Assembly: GCA_048884785.1 (NCBI GenBank)
Contig: JBHLQM010000056.1
Coordinates: forward strand, 1 to 24,685
Length of the DNA stretch: 24,685 bases
Direction: 5' to 3'
From: Candidatus Thorarchaeota archaeon
GTDB lineage: Archaea; Asgardarchaeota; Thorarchaeia; Thorarchaeales; Thorarchaeaceae
Shown here: one piece after another, positions 17,069 to 24,685 of the stretch
Layout of the letters: every line of letters begins with the position of its first letter
How positions within the stretch are numbered: the first letter of the stretch is position 1
Made by a program: the position numbers and the translations under genes
The notes under the pieces: model-generated
Told to the model about the DNA's origin: nothing
What the model saw: the letters and a program-made list of their open reading frames with translations, nothing else
Database searches by the model: none

Positions 17069-17103
17069 ACGGAATAACTAATAAGACTTCCGTCATTTAT
17101 AAA
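17069..17103 (-). promoter_or_regulatory. Putative TATA box (TTTATAAA, 17096-17103) with adjacent inverted repeat ACGGAA-N13-TTCCGT
   Basis: Both elements read directly from the sequence. Assignment to the small-ORF/kamA unit is inferred, because the TATA is palindromic. Confidence 0.4.
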
Positions 17104-17289
17104 GCCCTAAATTAGATTTTTGAATTTAATAAACCCGTTTATTGCTTTTAAAGGACTATCGAGCTACAAATGCTGAATGAATTACGAGCCGAGAGAAAGT
17201 TATTCCCAGACGTGATTGCCAAGTTTCCGATGATATGTCAGAAAAGAGTGACTTATCTGAGTTGGTGGTAACGAAAAGGTCGATGTATC

Positions 17290-18186
17290 ATGCGCATGAA
17301 ACTAGCTGCACGACAACCATTCTCCCTACACTCCACCGTCCGATCTCATGGTTGGTGGCAGATGGCTCCGTTCTCTTATGAGGAGGATAACAAACAGCTC
17401 AGATACATTACTCAACTCAGGTCCAATCGGGTTCTCGATCTTCGTATATGCGAAATACCAGAGGGAGTACAAGTTGATATCACTGGGAGTTTAAACCCTG
17501 ATGAAAAGAAAGAGATTAGGGCCCAAGTCACATGGATGCTTGGACTAGATTCTGACTTCTCCGAATTTTACGCTCTGGCAAAGAAAGAACCCAAACTTGC
17601 ACAGATGAAGAAGAAGGCACAAGGTAGAGCACTTCGATCTCCCACACTCTTTGAGGATGTTATCAAGACCATTCTAACAACGAATACCTTGTGGGGTGCC
17701 ACGAAACGAATGAACCAGAATCTCATCAAGCAATTTGGCAGCCCGTTAGAGGAAGACCCAGAGCAACGTGCATTTCCATCTCCCAAGCAAATTGCATCAA
17801 CATCAGAGAGCGTTCTGCGACAAGAAACACGTCTTGGATATAGAGCTCCATACGTCCTAGAACTTGCACAGTCCATTGCTTCAGGGAAGACTGACCTTGA
17901 ACTGTTGAAGGACCCGACAATACCGACAGAAAAGCTACGCAAGGCGTTGCTTGAAATCAAAGGGGTCGGAAACTATGCAACTGCGAATCTGTTGAATATC
18001 CTAGGTCGGTATGACTTTCTTCCCATTGACACCTGGGCACTGAAAGTTGTGTCCTATGAGTGGTATGATGGCCAAAGCATTGGCCCGAAAGAAGTTGAAG
18101 CAGCATTTGAAAAGTGGGGTAAATGGCGTGGCATGGCGTATTGGTTTTGGAACTGGGCATACTACCATAAAGACTCCGATTCCTAG
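17290..18186 (+). CDS. HhH-GPD DNA glycosylase (AlkA/Ogg-like)
   Basis: LRSPTLFEDVIKTILTTN, AFPSP, LGYRAPY, HhH 'LLEIKGVGNYATA', 'PIDTW' and 'WGKWRG.AYW'. Confidence 0.88.
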   Translation: MRMKLAARQPFSLHSTVRSHGWWQMAPFSYEEDNKQLRYITQLRSNRVLDLRICEIPEGVQVDITGSLNPDEKKEIRAQVTWMLGLDSDFSEFYALAKKEPKLAQMKKKAQGRALRSPTLFEDVIKTILTTNTLWGATKRMNQNLIKQFGSPLEEDPEQRAFPSPKQIASTSESVLRQETRLGYRAPYVLELAQSIASGKTDLELLKDPTIPTEKLRKALLEIKGVGNYATANLLNILGRYDFLPIDTWALKVVSYEWYDGQSIGPKEVEAAFEKWGKWRGMAYWFWNWAYYHKDSDS

Positions 18187-18190
18187 AGCC

Positions 18191-19195
18191 TCAAACTTGT
18201 TGGATCTTTTCAAGCACATCTTTCGGGATTGGAATCCTAAACGTGCACCTTTCATCTCCCTTGAGGGCTGATTCCAGCATTTCTATTTCCAATGGCTGAT
18301 CAAAAGCAAACTCCCAAGGACGTTTAGCATATCCCCCGCTGCAATAACAGAATGTTGGTGAAACCTCATCCTCTCCTGTCTTTATTGCCTCTCTGGCCCA
18401 TGCACAATGACATGCATAATACCGCTTCATTCTCTCATCAGTTTCAACCAGATATTCCTTAGTCAAATACGGGATTTTCGTATGAATGAGAAATGCATCT
18501 TCTCGTTTCTCACTGCCAATCCCGGGATTGCTCCTTATCCACTGAACTACATCATCAGTTATCTCTTGATTGAAGAATGGGGTTCCTTCATCTCTATGTT
18601 TCTCCAACTGAGCAATGAATGCATTCCTCTTTTGCTCAAGATACTCGTCTAAATCTCTGGCAGCCAGAAATTTCTCTCTCTGTCCAGCATTATAGTATTC
18701 TTTTGGAAGCCCATGAGCTACCTCGGTCAGTGTCTTTTCACAGGTCGTTCCATCGACTAAGGTCTCCATGCGATCCATTACTCTCTTTGCAATTCTGGGC
18801 TTTTCAGATGAGGGAGTACCCAATGGAGGGAAATCTATTCCCTTGAAGACTTCATCCCGTAATTCTTCTCCAACACTCTCTCCAAGTTTGTCATGCAAGA
18901 CGTTGAGTACCTCACTTCCATCTATGGGTTCTAAGAATGAAATATACAAATCATTGTTTCCTATGAAGTATCCATACCTCATCAGTGCAACAAAATTGCC
19001 ATAGCTATTCTTTTCATTCTCAACCATTGTATCTATGAAACTCAGCGCCTGTACCGAACTAGCAGATTCAGGTGTCATGCCGTGATCATTTTCCAGAAAA
19101 GACTCGAAGTCTTCCACAATTTTGATAGAATCATCTATCTTTTCGTCAGGCATCTTCCTTTCCTGTAGAAATTTACGAAATCCAGCTTTGTTCAT
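18191..19195 (-). CDS. DUF6144-like / V4R-related Cys-containing hypothetical protein
   Basis: C-terminal YYACHC.W.R...SPTFCYCSGGY...W...F.....EMLESALKGD..C.F.I pattern. Confidence 0.7.
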   Translation of the reverse strand: MNKAGFRKFLQERKMPDEKIDDSIKIVEDFESFLENDHGMTPESASSVQALSFIDTMVENEKNSYGNFVALMRYGYFIGNNDLYISFLEPIDGSEVLNVLHDKLGESVGEELRDEVFKGIDFPPLGTPSSEKPRIAKRVMDRMETLVDGTTCEKTLTEVAHGLPKEYYNAGQREKFLAARDLDEYLEQKRNAFIAQLEKHRDEGTPFFNQEITDDVVQWIRSNPGIGSEKREDAFLIHTKIPYLTKEYLVETDERMKRYYACHCAWAREAIKTGEDEVSPTFCYCSGGYAKRPWEFAFDQPLEIEMLESALKGDERCTFRIPIPKDVLEKIQQV

Positions 19196-19279
19196 CCCTA
19201 CCACCCAACAATAAACAATCTATTTGGGATATGAAATATGTATTTCAAGCACCGGAACAGAGCAAGATTTGTCCAAATC

Positions 19280-19813
19280 TCACGTAGGAGATGTGGAAGT
19301 TTGGGTCACATTAAGAGAGGCTAGAAATCCATCAATATCTGTTTGGGAGTTTAGAACATGAATCTCTTTTACTGATTGAAGCCCTTTCAAGAATCTGAGG
19401 ATTACTGGCTGTCTTGTTCTAGGGTAATTCCAGATATACTTCAGAAATTCCAAATCGATATGTTCAGGGCACCCCTCAGGAAGGTCAGGTCTATTTCGTC
19501 CATAATATCTGAATATTCTTCTGAAAGCTCTCAAATATGAAACTCTTCGAGAAGTCTTGATGAAGATTATAGTATCTGCCACGGTTGCTCTCATAGCCAA
19601 GGTGGTAGTATAGTTGCCGTCCATGACCCATGAATCCTGTGAAATGAGTCTCCTGACTTTCTCAACCCACTCAATTTCCGGAGTTTCTCTCCAACCCGGA
19701 TTCCAATAATGACGATCTAGATGCACAACCGGGATTTCCAATATACTCCCAATCCTTTCTGCCAGTGTTGTCTTTCCAGAACCACTTGGTCCAAGTATCA
19801 GAATCCTTCTCAT
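19280..19813 (-). CDS. FlaR/topology-modulation-type adenylate-kinase-like P-loop protein
   Basis: RILILGPSGSGKTTLA, HLD..YW.PGW, WVMDGNY, R...ADTIIF, RPDLPEGCPE. Confidence 0.88.
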   Translation of the reverse strand: MRRILILGPSGSGKTTLAERIGSILEIPVVHLDRHYWNPGWRETPEIEWVEKVRRLISQDSWVMDGNYTTTLAMRATVADTIIFIKTSRRVSYLRAFRRIFRYYGRNRPDLPEGCPEHIDLEFLKYIWNYPRTRQPVILRFLKGLQSVKEIHVLNSQTDIDGFLASLNVTQTSTSPT

Positions 19814-19934
19814 TTACAAATCGAAGACATTGTACATCGATTAAGCTTTTCTGATTGGCGCCTTACGTCAGTGTTACTTCGGTATTACAGGTGCTAAAGT
19901 ACCCAAATACGGAACAAGAAACCGGTGTAAAATA

Positions 19935-20222
19935 GTGAGAGCTATTGAAACAAAAATCAAGGAGAGCTTGAACTCGCACGGTATAAAATGTCACTCGGTC
20001 TACCACATGCCAGACCCAGATGAATACCGAGTACTAATCGCATTCAATTCACAGAAGAATCCACGACTAACAACTCGGAAAATTGAACGTGTATTGAACG
20101 ATATAGGTGCGGGAGAATTCTCTGTCCCAAACGAATTCCAGCGACTAAGTGCGACATTTCTCCACCTAGAGGTAAAACTTGGCGCTCGAACTGAGAAAAG
20201 AATCGAAGTGACTGCACAATAG
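19935..20222 (+). CDS. Hypothetical protein (95 aa)
   Basis: Clean ORF with GTG start that fills the gap ahead of the SDR gene; no recognised motif. Confidence 0.65.
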   Translation: MRAIETKIKESLNSHGIKCHSVYHMPDPDEYRVLIAFNSQKNPRLTTRKIERVLNDIGAGEFSVPNEFQRLSATFLHLEVKLGARTEKRIEVTAQ

Positions 20223-20276
20223 ACGCACTTCGCAGGAGTCAAATATCAGAACTACAGGATTCTATTGGGAATCATA

Positions 20277-21041
20277 ATGGATCTAAGGCTTGATAATAGA
20301 ACCATTCTTGTGACAGCCGCTTCTCGCGGTTTGGGGTTTGGTGTCGCCAAAGCACTTGTTGATGAAGGGGCTAGCGTAATTATCTGTGCCCGTACAGAAG
20401 AATCGCTAAAATCAGCTGCACGTTCACTAAATAATAGAGTAGAGTATGTTGTAGCTGACCTCTCAAAAGCGGATGATGTGGTCAAAGTTATTGATTTTGT
20501 AAAGACAAATACTGAAAGTCTTGATGGTCTCTTTGTGAATGCTGGTGGCCCACCTCCAGGAACCTTTGATAAAATAACTGAATACGACTGGAATGCAAGC
20601 TTTCAACTAACATTGATGAGTGCAGTGCGCCTAACAAGGGAAGCTCTTCCACTTATGAGAAAGTCAGATTCGCCATCCATCTTATACAGCACTTCAATTT
20701 CTGTTAAGCAGCCTATTGGCAATCTTTTACTCTCCAACTCTATGCGACCTGCAGTAATTGGGATGATGCGGACTTTGGCCGAGGAGCTTGGACCAGGTGG
20801 TATACGTGTGAACGCAATCTGTCCTGGCTACATCAACACAGAACGTGTGACAGAGCTCATGGAGGCATCTGGTGACACACAGAAATCAATTGAAAGAATA
20901 ACATCTGCTATTCCACTGGGTCGAATGGGTGAACCAAGCGAATTTGGTGCGGCTTGCGCATTCCTATTGAGTCCAGTTTCTAGCTATATTCATGGAGCTC
21001 TATTACTGATTGATGGTGGGTTATACAAAGGCATGATGTGA
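20277..21041 (+). CDS. Short-chain dehydrogenase/reductase (BphB/3-oxoacyl-reductase-like atypical SDR)
   Basis: MDL.L......VTAASRGLG, NAGGPPPG, LLLSNSMR, GIRVNAICPGYI.T.R, IPLGRMG.P.EFG, YI.G..L.IDGG. Confidence 0.92.
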   Translation: MDLRLDNRTILVTAASRGLGFGVAKALVDEGASVIICARTEESLKSAARSLNNRVEYVVADLSKADDVVKVIDFVKTNTESLDGLFVNAGGPPPGTFDKITEYDWNASFQLTLMSAVRLTREALPLMRKSDSPSILYSTSISVKQPIGNLLLSNSMRPAVIGMMRTLAEELGPGGIRVNAICPGYINTERVTELMEASGDTQKSIERITSAIPLGRMGEPSEFGAACAFLLSPVSSYIHGALLLIDGGLYKGMM

Positions 21042-21043
21042 CT

Positions 21044-22033
21044 CTACAACACTAAGCCAAAATCTGTAGAATCTATAAGTCCTAGCCTTGCAAGTGCCTT
21101 CTTTGCATACTCTCGAACTTCTGAGTCGTCATCCTTAATCAGTTTTTCAAGGGTTCCAGCAGCTGGCGGATAGGGTGAAACACCCATTGCCCATGCAGCT
21201 GACCGTCGGACAGATACATCATATGATTCCAAAAGCACAGCAATCGCTCTCATAATAATCTCAGATTTTTTCTCAGCGACGAGTCGTATGAACTGCACCT
21301 GTTCTTTCGGCTGTGCACGAACCATAGAATCTGCAAGGCCCTGCAAGGCTCGTGAACTATCAATATCTCTAAGACCCCGAATTGCCCATTCTCTCACGCT
21401 CTCATCATTATCTTCTAATGCGGCTAGAAGACAGCTTATCGAATCTTCTGAACCAATCTTACTTAGTGCCCAGGCACTCGATTGCCGAATCTCAGAGTTT
21501 CTATCTCCAAGCAAAATACAGAGAGTGCCCAACGTTTCTACAGATGCGTTGTTCGTCCGTGCAAAGATAGCTTCTTTTCTTAGATTCACATCTTCTTCTG
21601 GATTTCGCATTATCTGTCTTAAATGACGTCCAAATCCAACAGGGTCAGTCCCACCAAGAATGTGAACAGCCCATTTCCGAATCTCAAATGGCTCATCAAC
21701 ATTATTCAGAATCCTCAATATCATATCATTGAGGGAGTCGATTTGCCTTCTGTAAGTAGCTTGCAGACCTTTAATTCGAATTCTTACATCATTGTCTGCC
21801 AACGCCTTAACTACTGTTTCTATCACTAATTTAGTACTGAGAAGATCAACCAAATCAAGAATACAACGTTTATCTTCAGTGTATCCACTATCTGATGATC
21901 CAAAGACATCATTAAGCAGATCTCTGAATTCAGTGGGGTTGGAATTGAAATAATCAGATATCTCTCGTCTTTTTTCAGCATCGGTGATATCTGAGAGTAT
22001 CTTTCGCAATGTATTCACAACATCCAAACTCAA
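21044..22033 (-). CDS. HEAT/PBS-lyase repeat protein
   Basis: Repeated L.D....VR..AA.AL..IG units. Confidence 0.85.
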   Translation of the reverse strand: MSLDVVNTLRKILSDITDAEKRREISDYFNSNPTEFRDLLNDVFGSSDSGYTEDKRCILDLVDLLSTKLVIETVVKALADNDVRIRIKGLQATYRRQIDSLNDMILRILNNVDEPFEIRKWAVHILGGTDPVGFGRHLRQIMRNPEEDVNLRKEAIFARTNNASVETLGTLCILLGDRNSEIRQSSAWALSKIGSEDSISCLLAALEDNDESVREWAIRGLRDIDSSRALQGLADSMVRAQPKEQVQFIRLVAEKKSEIIMRAIAVLLESYDVSVRRSAAWAMGVSPYPPAAGTLEKLIKDDDSEVREYAKKALARLGLIDSTDFGLVL

Positions 22034-22069
22034 GAGCGCTACCTGTTACCTTTTTCTATGACGCAATTT

Positions 22070-23071
22070 CTAGTAGATTTTGAATGCTTCTGCATGCGGT
22101 AGTCTGAACATTCTCTTATTGGGATTATGGCGCAATGCAGAGTAATAGGCCGTCATCTGAAGAACTACTGTATTGGCAATTACTTGGCCCAAGGAGCTCT
22201 GAAGATCCAAGCTCTCAGAACAGTGGAGATGAAAGCCTCTCATCTTTAATGTATTAGTAATCACACTCATGTACATAGCATCCCTTTCATCTCTAGGAGA
22301 ATCTGTAATCAATATCGCTGGGTCTCCATCTCTGACAGAGAGATTGTAGAAATGACGAAACTCTTCTCTAAGAGCAGCCGTTGCTTTAATTATCGAATAC
22401 TCATTAAATTTCATCATCCCAATTTGTGCAGCGATATAATTTGGCCCCTCAGATATTAGATATACCATCTCTCCTGGCTTAGGCAACTGCGAAAGTTCCT
22501 TTGCAACAGTTTCTGCCCATGATAACATCTCAGCACCAACACTCTTGAATCTCAATAGATCACAATGTATTTTCGTATCCATCTCATTCTGATAGAAATC
22601 TGCAAGTTTCAGCAAGTATGCCATGGCACTTGTTGTGGGCGCAGACGGACTAGTGTTATAGGTCTTCACGCCGGACTTGGTTTCCCAAACATGGTCAGCA
22701 TATTCAGAAGCCTTTCCCTTCTTGTTATCTGTAAGGACTACAGTAGCAGCCCCACTTTTCTTTGCATACTGCAGAGCAGTGATGGTTTCTAAACTCCTTC
22801 CAGATGCAGTTATTCCCACAACAAGAGTATCTTCATCCAAAGAAATCCTGACTAGTTCTGGAGGTGACAGACAATTGATATTCAACATTAGGGGAAGAAA
22901 TGCCCATTTGCCATAATCTGCCACTGCATAGGAATCACCACATCCAATCAGAATGACTCGTTTGTCCTTCAGAATTTCCACGTCTCTATTATCCACATTA
23001 TCAATGGTTTCCGGGATGGCTCTTACTTGCATTTTGATTGAATCGTAGCATATATCATAGAATTCCGTCAC
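22070..23071 (-). CDS. SIS-domain sugar-phosphate isomerase/deaminase-like protein (GlmS/AgaS-like)
   Basis: LIGCGDSY, VGITASGRSLET..A...AK..GA.TV.LT, second SIS domain with 'KFNE...EEFRH'. Confidence 0.85.
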   Translation of the reverse strand: MTEFYDICYDSIKMQVRAIPETIDNVDNRDVEILKDKRVILIGCGDSYAVADYGKWAFLPLMLNINCLSPPELVRISLDEDTLVVGITASGRSLETITALQYAKKSGAATVVLTDNKKGKASEYADHVWETKSGVKTYNTSPSAPTTSAMAYLLKLADFYQNEMDTKIHCDLLRFKSVGAEMLSWAETVAKELSQLPKPGEMVYLISEGPNYIAAQIGMMKFNEYSIIKATAALREEFRHFYNLSVRDGDPAILITDSPRDERDAMYMSVITNTLKMRGFHLHCSESLDLQSSLGQVIANTVVLQMTAYYSALRHNPNKRMFRLPHAEAFKIY

Positions 23072-23549
23072 CGGTTGTCAACTCCTTTAGCATATTGACA
23101 TTTGGTGGATTGTAGCCCATTTGCCTGAGTAGTCCTACAATAAATCCACGATGATGTGCTTCGTGAGTGACCAAATGTAGAAGCCCTCGTGCAATCGTGA
23201 AACTGATGGTATCCCCCTTCACCTTGAGTCTTTTCACATATTGCAGAGTGACATCAGTTTGGCCGTCGATAATATCTCGCATCTCTTTTTCAATTAATTT
23301 CCACCTTTTGGCAACATCATCAACAGTTTTGAAATCCTGAAGCTCTAGCGGAGAAGTTTCTTCGTTACCAATTACATTGATCCAATAGATCTCAGAATTC
23401 ATTAGATGAACCAAGAGGGACCGAATCGAAACCTCTCCTACTCCCAGGTTCCTTGTGAAGTCATCGTGACTGAGTTTCCTTACAGACTCTAACAAAGATA
23501 CTCTGGCTGAATAATTATGTTCCAAGAGCATCTCGATGCAAGAAATCAT
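23055..23549 (-). CDS. DinB/YfiT family protein
   Basis: SIRSLLVHL..SE.YW and LLHLVTHEAHHRG....LRQMG..PP His triad. Confidence 0.9.
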   Translation of the reverse strand: MISCIEMLLEHNYSARVSLLESVRKLSHDDFTRNLGVGEVSIRSLLVHLMNSEIYWINVIGNEETSPLELQDFKTVDDVAKRWKLIEKEMRDIIDGQTDVTLQYVKRLKVKGDTISFTIARGLLHLVTHEAHHRGFIVGLLRQMGYNPPNVNMLKELTTGDGIL

Positions 23550-23711
23550 ACTACTGAGGATGATATGAACTCCTTAAGACAATCTCGATACAAACCCAAT
23601 TTCATTTGGACGGATTTCAAGAACGGTGTTTTCTTGCGCCTTTTGAAACTCTTATAAATTTCAGACCATTGTATTTCAGATACCATCTGATATTTTGTAG
23701 TGTGGTTTTCA

Positions 23712-24569
23712 ATGAGATTTGTTAGAACTGGAAAATCTAGACAAGATACTCAAGAACGTTTAGTTGAGATTAATTCCCTTGAAGAAGCACAAGGCCGATT
23801 CAAGCGCATGGACTATTTGCTCGGATTCGTCAAAGAAGAGCACCCCGAAGTCGTCACGGAATATGTAGGCAATCTCCTAGCCAGATATCAAGATCTATTG
23901 AATGGTGAAAGAAGGAATGCTAATCCATACGACCTAGAACAACTCGTATCCGATAATCCAAATATGAAAGAGCATCTTGAACTTGCAAGAGTTACTTTGA
24001 ACTACATTCTGCAGGTGCTTCAATTACCAGCTGAAACAAAAATGGGTACATCTAAAGTTGTTAACAAGAACTATTTCCAATCATTTTCGCATCCTAGCTA
24101 TCACAACTTACTAGTCCTGACTGAAACTATTGGAAGAGCAGAGGCCATTGCATTCTATAAGAAATTCGTTACAAGCTACTGGCACTATGTTCGGAATCCG
24201 AATAGGGAAACCTATGACAATCTAGAAACTCTGTTTGAAAAGGCAACAGAGCCGAAAGAAGTACCATCTGACTGGGTAATTGTTCGAGGAATGATCGGTG
24301 ACGGAAAATATGCCTATCGCAACGATAACTGTCTCTGGATTGAAGCAATAGACGACCTGCCTGACTCTGAGCTGAAATATTATGTCTGTTGTTACGGAGA
24401 TTACGAAAGGGCCAAGGACTACCACGATAGCATAGTATTGACAATGGAGCACACCATTGCTCAAGGCGATCCCTACTGTTCTCGTGTACTTCATGATACT
24501 CGGGTTGACTGGGACTTGCGACACCCTCCCAAGAGTTTCTGGGATAATATGAAACCTGAGAATGAGTAG
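23712..24569 (+). CDS. L-2-amino-thiazoline-4-carboxylic acid hydrolase-like (ATC hydrolase/V4R-like) protein
   Basis: C-terminal NCLW...ELKYYVCCYGDY...LTMEHTIAQGDPYCS. Upstream BRE/TATA GAAACTCTTATAAA near 23645-23658. Confidence 0.7.
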   Translation: MRFVRTGKSRQDTQERLVEINSLEEAQGRFKRMDYLLGFVKEEHPEVVTEYVGNLLARYQDLLNGERRNANPYDLEQLVSDNPNMKEHLELARVTLNYILQVLQLPAETKMGTSKVVNKNYFQSFSHPSYHNLLVLTETIGRAEAIAFYKKFVTSYWHYVRNPNRETYDNLETLFEKATEPKEVPSDWVIVRGMIGDGKYAYRNDNCLWIEAIDDLPDSELKYYVCCYGDYERAKDYHDSIVLTMEHTIAQGDPYCSRVLHDTRVDWDLRHPPKSFWDNMKPENE

Positions 24570-24590
24570 TAGAAGAAGTAGCAGAAGAAG

Positions 24591-24685
24591 TGGCGCCCCC
24601 GCCGGGAATATCAGAGCAGTCGGAATTCGAGTGCTTTTTTGAACCCGGGTCTCAAGAGATCAGCTTGTGCATCAAGACGATGTCA
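24591..24685 (-). tRNA. 3' part of a tRNA, probably Asp, with a 30-nt 59/60 intron (24637-24608) and part of a probable 37/38 intron; truncated by the window end
   Basis: ...C-TCTTG-AGAC-CCGGG-TTCAAA[intron]T-CCCGG-CGGGGGC-G-CCA. G73, C38 and the 4-nt variable loop fit Asp; the anticodon lies outside the window. Confidence 0.75.

Noticed and set aside
948-24524. Numerous 60-150 aa ORFs nested in or antisense to the assigned genes
   Set aside because: They lie within well-supported genes and show no motifs of their own.
24567-24590. 12-bp tandem repeat TAG(T/C)AGAAGAAG x2
   Set aside because: Only two copies with no spacers; more likely a pyrimidine-rich terminator tract for the minus-strand tRNA than a CRISPR or iteron.
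1-24685. Selenocysteine/pyrrolysine read-through, CRISPR arrays, IS elements and integrases
   Set aside because: No recognised gene is interrupted by an in-frame TGA/TAG, and no repeat-spacer array or recombinase motif was seen.

Overview
Archaeal chromosomal window; gene content (GatDE, TFE, aMBF1, DUF2110, PINA-like ATPase, DUF6144/ATC-hydrolase-like proteins) suggests an Asgard archaeon, possibly Thorarchaeia (inference only). It holds about 24 protein genes, a few small ORFs missed or mis-started by the ORF track, and seven CCA-encoding tRNA genes: Thr-UGU, Leu-UAA, Val-UAC, Arg-CCU, Arg-UCG, Tyr-GUA and a probable Asp cut off by the window end. Six tRNAs are interrupted by BHB-type introns (the seven complete ones are 26-32 nt), at canonical 37/38 and at non-canonical D-loop (~15/16), variable-loop (44/45) and T-loop (59/60) positions. 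Two tRNAs carry two introns, and two introns contain degenerate copies of their own host exon. The window also encodes a tRNA-splicing endonuclease subunit whose catalytic His is replaced by Thr (beta-type), overlapping a PINA-like ATPase that lacks its PIN and KH domains. A separate accessory module after tRNA-Tyr has micro-ORFs and a KamA-like radical SAM enzyme preceded by a 53-aa ORF and a possible structured leader RNA. No CRISPR array, rRNA, transposase or integrase was seen. All assignments are by eye, without database searches.
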